Positions 50,501-61,866 of a DNA stretch of 64,000 bases are shown here, one piece after another. Made by a program: the position numbers and the translations under genes. The stretch covers positions 3,658,001 to 3,722,000 of the forward strand of contig CM038999.1 of the NCBI GenBank assembly GCA_017499595.2. The letters are read 5' to 3'. The stretch is from Psilocybe cubensis (Eukaryota). Position 1 is the stretch's first letter; each line of letters starts with the position of its first letter. The notes under the pieces were generated by a model that saw nothing but the letters and a program-made list of their open reading frames with translations, did not search any database and was not told where the DNA came from.

Positions 50501-50811
50501 AGCTTGGCTGCAAGCTTGATATTCTGCGGATTTAGACGGGTTGTTGCAACTATGTGGTAAGATTCTCGCCACTACTTTCATTCACAAAAGGCTCACAGGG
50601 ATACCTGTCTAGGATGATGAGGGATCACGATGGCCCTATCGTGGCCAACGCATTTTACCGCGAGCTTTTCCGTGGTCCTGACGGGGAGAAAACCCCTTTA
50701 CCAGCCGTTACGAAGTCTGCATATGCGCTTCATGTTGCGGTCAAAGAGTTGCGGTCCAAAAGGGTGTCGTTCCGCCGATGGGTTCCCTTTATTCACATGG
50801 GACAATGTTGA
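47595..50811 (+). CDS. TPR-repeat + CHAT (caspase/HetF-like) cysteine protease
   Basis: Repeats SLNNLA.AL..RF...G...DLDEAI; AIELLEGGRSIFW; WCPTGHFTFLPIHAAG; ISSYTPTL; HFACHG (His); FLSACETA (Cys); VATMW; WVPFIHMG. Introns 49908-49963 and 50557-50612; 5' exons less certain. Confidence 0.92.
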
Positions 50812-51522
50812 ATACTGCGCTGACCCTATTGTTGATATCGTTTTGTACCATTCTTCTCAAAGTTTATAGGCGCACCAGTGTGCAGCTGAGGCCTTGCCAG
50901 CAAATGACGATGTTCATGCACTTTACCCCCACGGTTTGCCCACGGTATGAAATTCGGCAAACTGTTGACAATGCATAACCATTTAATATGAGCATCTGCA
51001 AATTGCATAATCTCGTCAAAACCAGGGTGTTTAGCACAGAGACATACGTACCCCCATGCACAGCCAAATGAAAATGTCCAACAAGAACCGATAGACCAAA
51101 TCGTAGAAAGGTCCATCCCTTGCTACCCTGCCAGCAATAATGGCTTCATGTTCATCCAAGAGGGTTTATATATTGCCTTGAAGCGTATTAGAGTACATTT
51201 CACCATTGACTGGGCACCGCATCCAATCCTCCCTCATATTCCTCGATGGAGGGTGAACAAATCGCCAGGTCTTATTGCCTCATTCCACCTCAGGATCGAG
51301 ATATACCGATAGAGCGTCAGCTGTGGGAATCTGCATCCAATACAATTAGTTTGAGGAATTCTTGAAGAGATGATGAGGATGAGCAGAGTGAGAAACAAAA
51401 CTGTTTAGAAATTGAGGCAACTCCTGTGGCTGTGTCGAATATTTTGGTTTTCCAAAAAGGATAATCGCTGCGTAACGCGTTTTGTCTCTAATCACCAACA
51501 TCTCCTTCCTCCCACTAAAATC

Positions 51523-53653
51523 ATGTCTTTGAAAGTACCAAAAGCAAACAATTTGCAACTTTTCAAGGATGGATACAAGGTACTTGTTTTCTTCGACTCC
51601 TTTTCTCTCCGATGTACTCGACTGATCATGATTGTGCAATGTGGAATGTATTAGCAACTTTCAGGCTTGGACGAGGCCGTGTTGCGGAACATCCAGGCTG
51701 TGAATGAGCTCTCTGATCTCGTACGAACGAGTTTTGGACCGAATGGCGCGTCGCTCTCGGTGTTCTGGCTGTTAACGAAGGACTTATGGGTTGTAATAAT
51801 GTACAGGGCGGAATAAACTCCTCATCAACCACCTTGGCCGGCTCTTTGTTACTTCGGATGCGGCCACGATCATCAGGGAGATCGAGGTGGTGCACCCTGC
51901 AGCGAAGCTGCTAGTAATGGCCTCACAGTCCCAGGAAGCGGAGGTGCGTACTACCTTCATGATTTGTCAAGGACGATGTTGCTGATGCCAGTTTTCTGTT
52001 TTACGTTTTGTGCGGGGCGTAGATGGGAGATGCGACGAATATGGTGCTGATCTTTGGAGGGGAGCTGTTGAAATTGGCGGAGAGCTTGCTCATTATGGGC
52101 CTGCACCCCAGTGAGGTGATCAAGGGATATGAGCTTGCGTCTGCCAAAGCCCAGGCTGAACTCGAAAGTGCGTTTTTTATTCAATCGCTCTTGCACGTTA
52201 TTGATGGGACCAACGCATCTTCCAGAACTCTCTACATTTAGTCTCCCATCGCCATTGACTCAGGAGACCCTTTCATCGGCACTGAAACCCGCCATCGCGT
52301 CGAAACAATATGGATACGAAGATACTCTCGCCTCGCTCGTCGCTGAAGCTGCACTTTCGATCATGCCCGCCAACCCGAAAAACTTCAACGTGGATAACGT
52401 TCGTGTCGTTAAAATCATGGGTGGAAGCTTGTCTGGCAGCAAAGTGGTGCAGGGTATGGTTTTTGGGAGGGAACCTGAAGGTGAGTTTTGCTTTCATTGA
52501 TAGGTGCGGAACTGATTGTTTGTAGGCACTGTGAAAAAGGCCCTCAAGGCCAAGGTTGCTGTGTTTACGACAGCGTTGGATATTGCGCAAACTGAGACTA
52601 AGGGCACCGTGCTCATTAAAAATGCGGATGAAATGCTCAACTTTACGACTGGCGAGGAAAAGCAACTCGAAAAGGTATGTTACGTTTATTGTCCTTTCTT
52701 ACTACACAATACGACGGGCTTGTAATACATAGATCATCAAAGAAATCGCGGACTCAGGGATCAACGTGATCATCGCCGGATCGAGCGTCGGCGAGCTCAT
52801 GATGCACTACCTCAACCGCTACAACATCGCCGTGCTTAAAGTCCTATCCAAATTCGAACTTCGCCGTCTCTGCCGCGTCGTGAATGCGACTCCCCTCGCG
52901 CGCGTTGGCGCACCCACCGCCGAAGAAGCAGGCTTTGTTGACGTTTTCGAGACCACCGAAATCGGTGGTGATCGTGTGACGGTGCTCCGTCAGTTGCTAC
53001 CTGGCGAGCCCGGCTTCGATCCCGCATCTCAGAGTGAAAAGACGCGGACGGCGACGATCGTGCTGCGTGGCGCGACGTCGAACCACCTGGACGATCTCGA
53101 GCGTGCGATCGACGATGGGGTGAATGTAATCAAGGGCTTGATGAAGGATGCACGACTAGTGCCTGGTGCTGGTGCGACGGAGCTGGAGCTGGCGAAGAGG
53201 GTGGAGGTGTATGGCAGTGGGTTGAAGGGGCTGTCGCAGCATTCCGTGAAGAAGTTCTCGAGTGCCCTTGAAGTTATTCCTAGGACGTTGGCGGAGAATG
53301 CACTTGGGGGCGCGGAGGGAAATGAAGTTGTCAGCAGGCTTTGGGCGAAGCACGAGCAGAAGGGTGGAGAGACTTGGGGCGTTGATATTGAGGTTCGTTT
53401 TATTCCTTTTTTTCACTTCACCTTGAAATCGTTTAACCTTCGACTTTCTGCAATACTCTAGGCTGAGACGGACGGAACGCTACAAGCTGATCAACATAAA
53501 ATTTACGACTCCCTCGCTGCCAAGGCCTGGGCTATCCGACTAGCCACCGAGGCAGCCAATGCCGTCCTCAGCGTGGATAGCATTATCATGAGCAAACCTG
53601 CTGGCGGACCCAAGATCCCTCAACAGGCTGGCAACTGGGACGCTGATGACTGA
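51523..53653 (+). CDS. CCT8: T-complex protein 1 subunit theta
   Basis: MSLKVPKANNLQLFKDGYK, TSFGPNG, VTSDAATI, HPAAK, MGDATN, ETKGTV, ERAIDDGVN, MSKPAGGPK...NWDADD*. Confidence 0.96.
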
Positions 53654-53874
53654 TTCGATTACATAAAGAATTTTACTGACAAAAATATAATATTTCTGTA
53701 CCCCTCTTTTTTGAAAATGGTTCTTTGACCATAACGCCGTGTGAGGTTGAACCGTAATATTTTAATGCGGTATAGTCCAAACGTTGAGGCGAAATGTCAA
53801 ATGGCTTTTGTTTCTTGATTTGAATGCGGGACTTATATCGGCCCTTGCTTCTGACCTTCGTTATCTCATAAGCC

Positions 53875-56392
53875 ATGGCAAAGTCGAAGCCCAAGAAGGT
53901 AGAAATCCCAGCCCATTTTACAAGATTTTCTTCTATAGACTGAATGCCCGGGCCTATGCGACATTTTTCTTCCTGTACTATAGGTTAAAAAGCTTCCGCC
54001 AAGGGTCGTGGTTGTGAACCCATGGACCACCGACTATGAGCATATCTCTATGTGGTTCGAGCTCATGCTCAGAGACCACGGATATCCCGACACCCGCGCC
54101 AACATTATTTTCCATAGAAAGGTCTGGGTCAAGCGCTCGGATGGTTTTGTTTCCCCAATGCTTTCTTTTTTATTTGAAAATCCCTGTACGTTTTTTCCAA
54201 CATTCATTTTCCACAGAACAATGGGTCCAAGATCGTCGAGCTGCCGAAGGAGGTTAAAGATGTTTCAATGTGCTTGGGTACGCACCATTGGTCGCATTTT
54301 CTGAAGCATCGAGAGCATAGTGGAGAGTTCTCTGTGATCTACGAGTATAAGAACAGCTACGCCGACGACCCTGGAGAAAGTACGTTGCGCGTCGTCTTGC
54401 TTGAGTGCCTAGTTATTGAATCCTACCCTCTAGATAACTGGACAGAGGTGTACCCATCCAACCAGGGTGACATCCCTGCCAATTTTCCAGTGAAATATCC
54501 GTACCCTTTACCGTTGCCGGCACAAGAGCTGTCTGTCACCAGTGTGGACGCGGAGTATGCGAGTTTCCCATCTGCGGAGAACAGGCAGCGTATGGAAGCG
54601 CGAAGACAGGCTGCACAGGCGAAGGCGAATGCGCAGTCTGGGTCGATCGCATCTACATCTACGCCAGCTGTCAGAGGGGAAGCTTCAGGATCGTCGAAAA
54701 CCTCTTCGTCCGGTGCATCTTCGTCCGTAGCGGGGCCTTCGGGGTCTGGTACTTCTACGGATCGTGGGGGTGTAGGTGTTTTTTTGATTGGAGATCTCTT
54801 ATCTAATCTGATCTACGGCAGGTTGTCGCTGAGAGCTCAACGCGGACAACTCACAACCGAGTCGTCAGCCAGTATGTGGACCAATCCCAACCGGTAAATG
54901 TTAAGAAAATGGACCCTTACGAAGAAGGTGAGTTTTTCCCTCCGAATCGCCTTTCAATCTACCTATTGAGGTTATACAAATTTCTCATCGTATTTTTTTT
55001 TCTTTTTTGGAATATGCTAATTTAACAACAGAGGAGGTTGTTCAAGAACTCTTCCGTTCCCTTTCTCCTGTGAAGAAGTCTGAAACAGAGGCAGAAGACT
55101 TCCTTGGTTCGTTATTGGGAAGAATCCCGTCGGAAAAACCACCACCATCATTAGCAACTGAACCCAGCACATCTCAGGTTCCAAATGCTGATGGTAAGAT
55201 TTTCTGTGACTTGTTTAATGACTAAAGAACAAGCTTTCAACGTTTTTAGCAGAAGATGACGATGATTATAAGCCATCGGAAGAGTTACTTGCGATGTTTA
55301 ATACCCTGACCTCAGACACAGAGCTGGATATAGGACAACATTTACCAATGTCAGGGGCTGAGATAAAACCTGAGCCTATGGAAGTCAAAATTCCAAGTGG
55401 TCTGTCTTACACCGAGTTCCCGCTATTTATATTGCTAACCGTCATATTTCAGACGACGTAGACCGCTCCCAAGGTGAACCCGATGGTAAACACCACCTTC
55501 CCATATTTTCCCAATGTTCAAAAATTAACACAATTTCTTGAGATGACTACCAACCCTCTGCAGAACTGCAAGCCCTGTTCGAGCAAAGTCACCTCGACAA
55601 TCAGATCTTCAGACTTTCCAATTCTGAAGTAAGAATAAAACCAGAACCGGTTGAAACGGAACTCCCACCCTTTGAAGGTCAGTCGCGATGGGACAATTAA
55701 TCCCCACATTATCAAACCAATGTATGTAGGTCTTTCGAGTCGAGGAACTAGTAGTTCTCGACCAGAGTCACAGACATCTACAGTTGTTAAATCAGAGCCA
55801 AAAGAATATTCGATGAGTAAGTGGCTCATACTATGTGCTTCCCACTTTCTTACCACCTGTATTTATCCAGGCGAGACTTCTCAAATGGGATCATCAGAGT
55901 CTCCGGTCCAAAGAAAACAACAGGACCTGCGGCGCCATGGTAAGTTCCCAGACTTACACCTTGTTCACGATAGTGAGATAAATAGGAACAATCCCATATT
56001 TCAGACTTTTCCTCGAATAGACGTCTACGAGATCCACGGCTGGTCCCAAGAGTAAAGTCAGAACCGGATGACCATGTGGAATATTCTGGGTATCCACATA
56101 CACAGACTCAGAGGATGGAGGCATCCAGCTTTCGACCTTCTAATGAGCTCGGGTATGAGAGTAGACGCCATCATATAGGTATGTTGTATGACTATAATCA
56201 CCCTTTCTATACCCACAGCGAGACCTCAATAGGGTCATCACGACACTCCAACAAACGGTCTGAAAGCAGTCACCACCGAGATAGAGGTATGTTCATTATA
56301 ACGTACCTAGGCATACGGATGATTTGCTCAAAACAAATATCTCAGAATACTCTCCAGCAAAACGCGTGAAGACTGAAGATGAAGAAGGTTGA
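53875..56392 (+). CDS. Hypothetical multi-exon protein with a folded N-terminal domain and disordered C-terminus
   Basis: MAKSKPKK / VVVVNPW...WFELM / LGTHHWSHFL...IYEY; many short introns; ends SPAKRVKTEDEEG*. Confidence 0.65.
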
Positions 56393-57136
56393 CATTATTT
56401 GGATTGTGCCCGATAGTTTTGTGGAAATTATTGAAAGGATGAAATACCCTGGCCTTTTTATCAGGCATAGTTTTCTCATAAATTGATTCATTGAGTCATA
56501 GGAGGAATAGGGGATACGGAAACTTGCGCCCCGCCGTGTGAAAAATACTAATCTAATCTAATCTAATTCCATAAGTAAATTAAAGTAATCCCGACCAACT
56601 CCGAGTCCCTTCCTCATGTTCACGTTGGTCCCAAACCTCTATTGAACTCTACCGTAAGTTAGGTCTCCGGGCACACGATCCTTAGTTTCCCTGTAAATTC
56701 TTCACAAATATAGCCAGGTTTACCTCAATGTAACAATGGATCGCTGCCTGGAGCATGGGCTACTTTTACGTTACTACCTCGGCCCTGCTGGGAACGTGGA
56801 CTTTGCCGGAACTTTAGCCTCGTTGCACCGGCTCGGCTTGACCAACTCTCTACTAACGCTTATTGTATGTGCTTTCAGATGTTCTTGCGAGGTCATTTGG
56901 CTCTATAACTGATGTTTGGCATGCTCTGCAATGATCAATACAGATAATGGGGCAAAAATTCTAAACAGTACGTCGGGAGGAGATAATCCGTTTTTTTTGA
57001 ATTAATGCGGTTATCGTTTTAAAATTTTTACACACAGTAGATCACTCCGAGGCTGCCATTATCCACGTTCCAACCTCGCTCTCATATTTAATCAAACATC
57101 AGGACACCAAGGGTCTCTACCTTGCCTTCACGAACT

Positions 57137-58975
57137 ATGGATGCACAATCGTTGATGCCCGCTAACCAACAATTCGAGCCGCTTGACGAAATTGCGCTAA
57201 TGCTGTTCACTCGATTTCAGCAAGGGGGCGATCCGCACCACCTTGAAGAATCAATCTCGGTGTATAGACAAGCTCTAGCGTGCTACCCATCCCCCCATTC
57301 ACGATATTATTCATCGTCTAACAACCTAGCTGTCGCTCTGTATTCACGATTCCGACAGAGAGGCGAGGTCTCCGATCTACAAGAAAGCTTCTTTCTATGG
57401 TCCCACGCTCTTGATTCACCGTATTATCCGGACAGGCAACATATAATCAAAAACCTGGCTAATGTCCAATCTGCAAGAATTTTGCAAGGTGTCAGTGAAG
57501 ACTTCGACTTGGATCACTGTGTTTCTCTCCGCAAGGAGGCTCTTGAGCTTAATGCCCCTGATCTGAATGATACAAATCGGATTCCTTTAGCCAACGATCT
57601 CGCGCTGGCCCATTGGGATAAATTTCAAGGCGACGGCGGTGAAAATTATTTGGGTGAATCGAGGATGGCTTTAACAGATGCCCTCAGTTTATGTTCATCT
57701 TCCAACTTGTATTATGCCGATTGTGTCAACAATCTTGCTCTAGTATGCCACCAGGAATCTTTTATTGAGGGTATCTACGACAAAGATGATGATGAAGAAT
57801 ACCTGGACAACTGCAGGGAGGCTTTGGAATCGTTTCCCTCACATCAAGATCAGCCCTTATTACTCAGTGTTCTTACAACTATCCTTCACAGTCGAATGCG
57901 CCAAAAGGACGATGATGACAAGAGTATTTTCGAATCCATTTCTCTCTGCAGAAAGGCACTGGAAATTCTCTCCCCGCTCGACCCCAAGCGGGCAAGAATA
58001 CAACACACTCTGGCAATTGCGCTGACTTCTCGATATCAGCAACGTTTTGAACGACGCGACCTAGAAGAAAGTATATTTCTTCACAAGCAGGTCCTCGCCA
58101 ACCTTTCCCCGACTGATATAGAGCCGTCCGAATTGCTAGAAAATTTAGCAATTGCACTGAGACTTCGGTACGAAGAAGTAGGTGAGAAACGCGATCTAGA
58201 AGAGTGCATTTCTCTCTACAGGCAAGCACTAGAGCTCCGGGGCACATCTGATCCTGAAACGGCTTTGTCTATCAATGATTTTGCCTGTGTTCTTCTTCTT
58301 CGGTATGACAAGGATGGTGACAGGAAGGATCTAGAGGAATGCATCTATTTTTTCCGGCAAACATACCAAATGTTACCTCAAACTCATCAATGCTATTTGG
58401 ACTCCATTAATAACCTTGCCAAGGCTTTGTCCATTCGATTCAAACTCAACGGAGATTTGAGTGATTTAGAAGAAAGTATATCTCTTTTCAGGCAATCTCA
58501 GAGTGACTATAGATCCCCGGTGTTTGTCAACCAATCACAGGCGCGCATAAACCTTGCCGATGTACTGTTCACGCGATACAAACAAACAGGACAGGAGAGC
58601 GACATGGAAGAATGCATCTCTCTCTTTAGAAGTGCTCTGAACTCTATCTCCACTGGACACCACAAATACCGGTCTGCCTCACTTGTCAAACTTGGCAATG
58701 CTCTATGTACTCGCTTTAGTCATAGTAGCGATCAAAGCGATCTCGATGAAAGCATCGGTTTCTACAAGGAAGCCCTCGAAATCTATCCCCCACCGCACCC
58801 AGAAGCTGCCGAGGCTCTTAATAAACTGGCAGCTGCTCTTGAGACACGCTCTAAGCTCTATGATGCTGCGCAGCCAAACGATATTTATGAAGCCCAATTT
58901 TTTCGCCAACATGCTGAGGCTTTACGCCGCACTACAGATGTAGAATCCCAGGGAATGGACGTTACGCAAGTCTGA
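57137..58975 (+). CDS. Intronless TPR-repeat protein of the CHAT-associated type, with no CHAT domain
   Basis: About a dozen NNLA.AL..R....G...DLEE.I repeats; no HFACHG or LSAC motif; ends QGMDVTQV*. Confidence 0.88.
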   Translation: MDAQSLMPANQQFEPLDEIALMLFTRFQQGGDPHHLEESISVYRQALACYPSPHSRYYSSSNNLAVALYSRFRQRGEVSDLQESFFLWSHALDSPYYPDRQHIIKNLANVQSARILQGVSEDFDLDHCVSLRKEALELNAPDLNDTNRIPLANDLALAHWDKFQGDGGENYLGESRMALTDALSLCSSSNLYYADCVNNLALVCHQESFIEGIYDKDDDEEYLDNCREALESFPSHQDQPLLLSVLTTILHSRMRQKDDDDKSIFESISLCRKALEILSPLDPKRARIQHTLAIALTSRYQQRFERRDLEESIFLHKQVLANLSPTDIEPSELLENLAIALRLRYEEVGEKRDLEECISLYRQALELRGTSDPETALSINDFACVLLLRYDKDGDRKDLEECIYFFRQTYQMLPQTHQCYLDSINNLAKALSIRFKLNGDLSDLEESISLFRQSQSDYRSPVFVNQSQARINLADVLFTRYKQTGQESDMEECISLFRSALNSISTGHHKYRSASLVKLGNALCTRFSHSSDQSDLDESIGFYKEALEIYPPPHPEAAEALNKLAAALETRSKLYDAAQPNDIYEAQFFRQHAEALRRTTDVESQGMDVTQV

Positions 58976-59739
58976 TATCATTCCGCCACTTGCGGATACC
59001 TCGTTCCTCAAAGACCTTACCATCTGATACCCTGATATAATATGTCTTTTATGGAATAATGTTGTGTAAGTTGACTTATTTGCCATAATGCTCGTACAGA
59101 ACCCACTCAGCCTATTGTTTCATGCTGGTCAATGATTCGACAAATGGCGACTGGAGCCGATTCCATTTTCTTGAATCTTCCTTCAATTTCTTCTTCATGA
59201 CTTAGACATACATAGGAACCGCATACCTTTTGCATTTAATTTGTGTATCTTATTTTTAGTTACTCTGTCCTGCAATGGAATCCCGACAAAAGTCAGGCTA
59301 TATAACTTTCGTGCTTAAACATTGCTACTCATTGAAATGTTACTTATTTATATAGTGTCCAAAAGCGGTATAATCAGAGTTTAGCTTGTCTATGTACAAG
59401 TATGCACTCCGATTCTACTTATCATTGCAGCCAACCAAGGTTATGACCGGGTGTGCCTATAACGAGACAGTGATTGTTGTGCAGGTACACATTCGCAAGC
59501 TCCATAACGCTCCAGGTAAATAGCGAGTCTAATAAAGTTATACTCAAATATTCTCTGGAGCTTGAATAGATGATCATTTTTGCGAAAAGTCTGTTAGAAG
59601 TTGATGTCCCTTTGGTTTGCTTCAATCCTTTCAATGTTGAAGTTAAATCAATTCACGTGATTGTGTCCAATTTGGTCGAGACGTGGTCGAGACCCACCGT
59701 TTGGGTGGGCTTTGGGTGCACTTCAGAGAACGTTAATAC

Positions 59740-61393
59740 TTACCCAAGCTTTCCCTTTGTCCCATAATTTTGTATCCTGCTGCTCACTACTCTCGATCTC
59801 GCACGTGTCCAGAAAGATGGCACCAACAAACTGTTTGAGGATACTATTCAAGTTGGACGAAGATATGGTGCGATCTCAAGTTGAATCATAACATGCAGAT
59901 ATATCTCAGGACCAAGCCAGTTAAATGGATACGTTAAAGAATAATATCTATTACTACAAAACACTCACGGCAGAGGTAAGTTTTTTCTTGCTGTCCCCTG
60001 CCCTTGGTATTATACAGGTGGTGGGTTAGGCAAACTAAAAGAATACAGTTCACCCTGGTTCCAGACCATGGTGACATGAGCGTTCGCCAGGTGACTGATT
60101 ACAGTATCATAGTGCTCGCTCCCTTGGGGTACATCTGAAATACCCTCATGAAAAAACTGTATGGCAGTGTTCAAATCGCCAATGCTTTGCGTGTTGGAGA
60201 ATGCTTTAAGAAGTTCTATGGCGGACTGTAGCTTTTGTGCCGAATAATTACTATAGTCTCGAAGATATCCTAGCGCAGATCGTACGTCCGAGACATCCGC
60301 GCTGATACTATATCGTTCCAACAATAGGGTGGCAGTACGCAAGGCCAGACGATCATTCTGTTTCCAATCAGTACTGCTCTGAATAGCGTCTTTCAAACTG
60401 GCGATTTCTTCATTTAGATCGTCAACCATTGTGTCTGTGCCATAATAGTGCCTGCGGGCGCACAAGCCGTTAACAAGGATACTTAATGCCTGCGTCCGAG
60501 TAGCATCCGGGAAGACAAGGTGCTGAAGCGCAAGTCGAAGCAGGACAATAATGGACTCCAAGGCAGATAAGGATACTGATTTGTTGAAGTCGTCTAAGGA
60601 CGCATGCGCTAGTTCTGAAGCGCCGAGTTCACTAGTAGTGCTTACCTCCCCCTGGTCAGCGAGATTATCGACCTAAATCATTCCCTGGTCAGTTCTAATA
60701 CCCTTCTGTTTGGCCAACGTGCATTGGCATACATTTTGAGCAGACATCTGATTTATCATGCTCGGCAACCCCTCAAAGCGAAGTTTGAAACCTTCTACCA
60801 GATCTGATAACTGATTGGTATGCATAAATCGTAAATTCAGTGCCGATGGAAGGTCCTTCAAAGCCTTTGTGTCTGACGGATGCGTGGACCGGCAACCATC
60901 CAGGATTTTGCGAAAAAGAGCAACGGCGTCATTAAGGTTCGGTAATGACATTCGGGCTTTCTGTTCCTCCATAAGCCATGTCGCAAAATGAACAATCTCC
61001 CGAGCTTCTTCTTCGTCGGAAATGAGTACCTGAGGCATCAAATATTATTCTCTCATATCATGCAATGAATACGGTGTAATGGGAAGCTACCTCTTTCACA
61101 GCGCATGGCATTTCTTTGGTGTCTGTAGTAGAAGCAGAACTAACGATGTCTTGGATCTGTGTGTCTTTTGAGATGTGGCCATCTGAAAAATCAAGGCAAC
61201 GCACCGACTCGTATTTGGAAGGCTCTAAGGATTTTGCATCTTTACTACCAAAAACAGGATTTTCTCCCGAACTTTCGATGCAAGGTTGTACAATGGCAGA
61301 CTCAGGATGTCGATTGCATGCAGAATCTGTAAAATCGACAGCTTCCGAGTCGTCTGCAGAGTCAGTCGGACTCGGTTTTAGGTGATCTGCCAT
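59740..61393 (-). CDS. Truncated TPR-like paralogue of the TPR-CHAT N-terminus (possibly a pseudogene); 3' end uncertain
   Basis: Exons MADHLKPS... / VLISDEEEAREIV...LNLRFMHTNQLSDL / ...AQKLQSAIELLKAFSNTQSIGDLNTAIQFFHEG...HLANA. These align by eye with the N-terminus of the 47595 gene. Confidence 0.6.
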
Positions 61394-61866
61394 TGGTAAA
61401 ACCCAAGAAAAGTCAAGTAAGAGGGGAGTTATTGAGAAGTGAGTATCACAGACCCTTAGATATATATTATCAGTGGATGCTGTACAAAGCTGTACTCATA
61501 ATGGGCACTTCATGTTGGCGGAATGATGTGGGATGCGGCGCAACGTCAACCGGAGTTGGAACAGTATTACAAACATTCCCACGACCTTTAAGATTAGATC
61601 AAAAGCTTAGTGGTGCTTCCTGCTTGACTGGGTTTACAGAAATTACAGTGTGTTTTCCATCGATTGCATGGTACAACAGAATTTTTTCAGTATCAAACAA
61701 AGACTACAGTCAAACAGTGCAAATCCCAATCAAAGTCATTCCATTTTCAGAGTTGATTCCCATGCATCGGATTAATAGCGTCCGAGCCTGTCTGCCATCT
61801 AGGAATCATCGATCTGAGTGACTGATTTAAATCTTACTGATTCCCCACCACATCCACTCAGAAATC

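Noticed and set aside
46900-51500. Gasdermin-like or other substrate gene, or an amyloid signalling motif, next to the CHAT protease
   Set aside because: No recognisable ORF or motif in either flank.
56548-56567. (CTAAT)4 microsatellite
   Set aside because: Short simple repeat, not telomeric, with no evident function.
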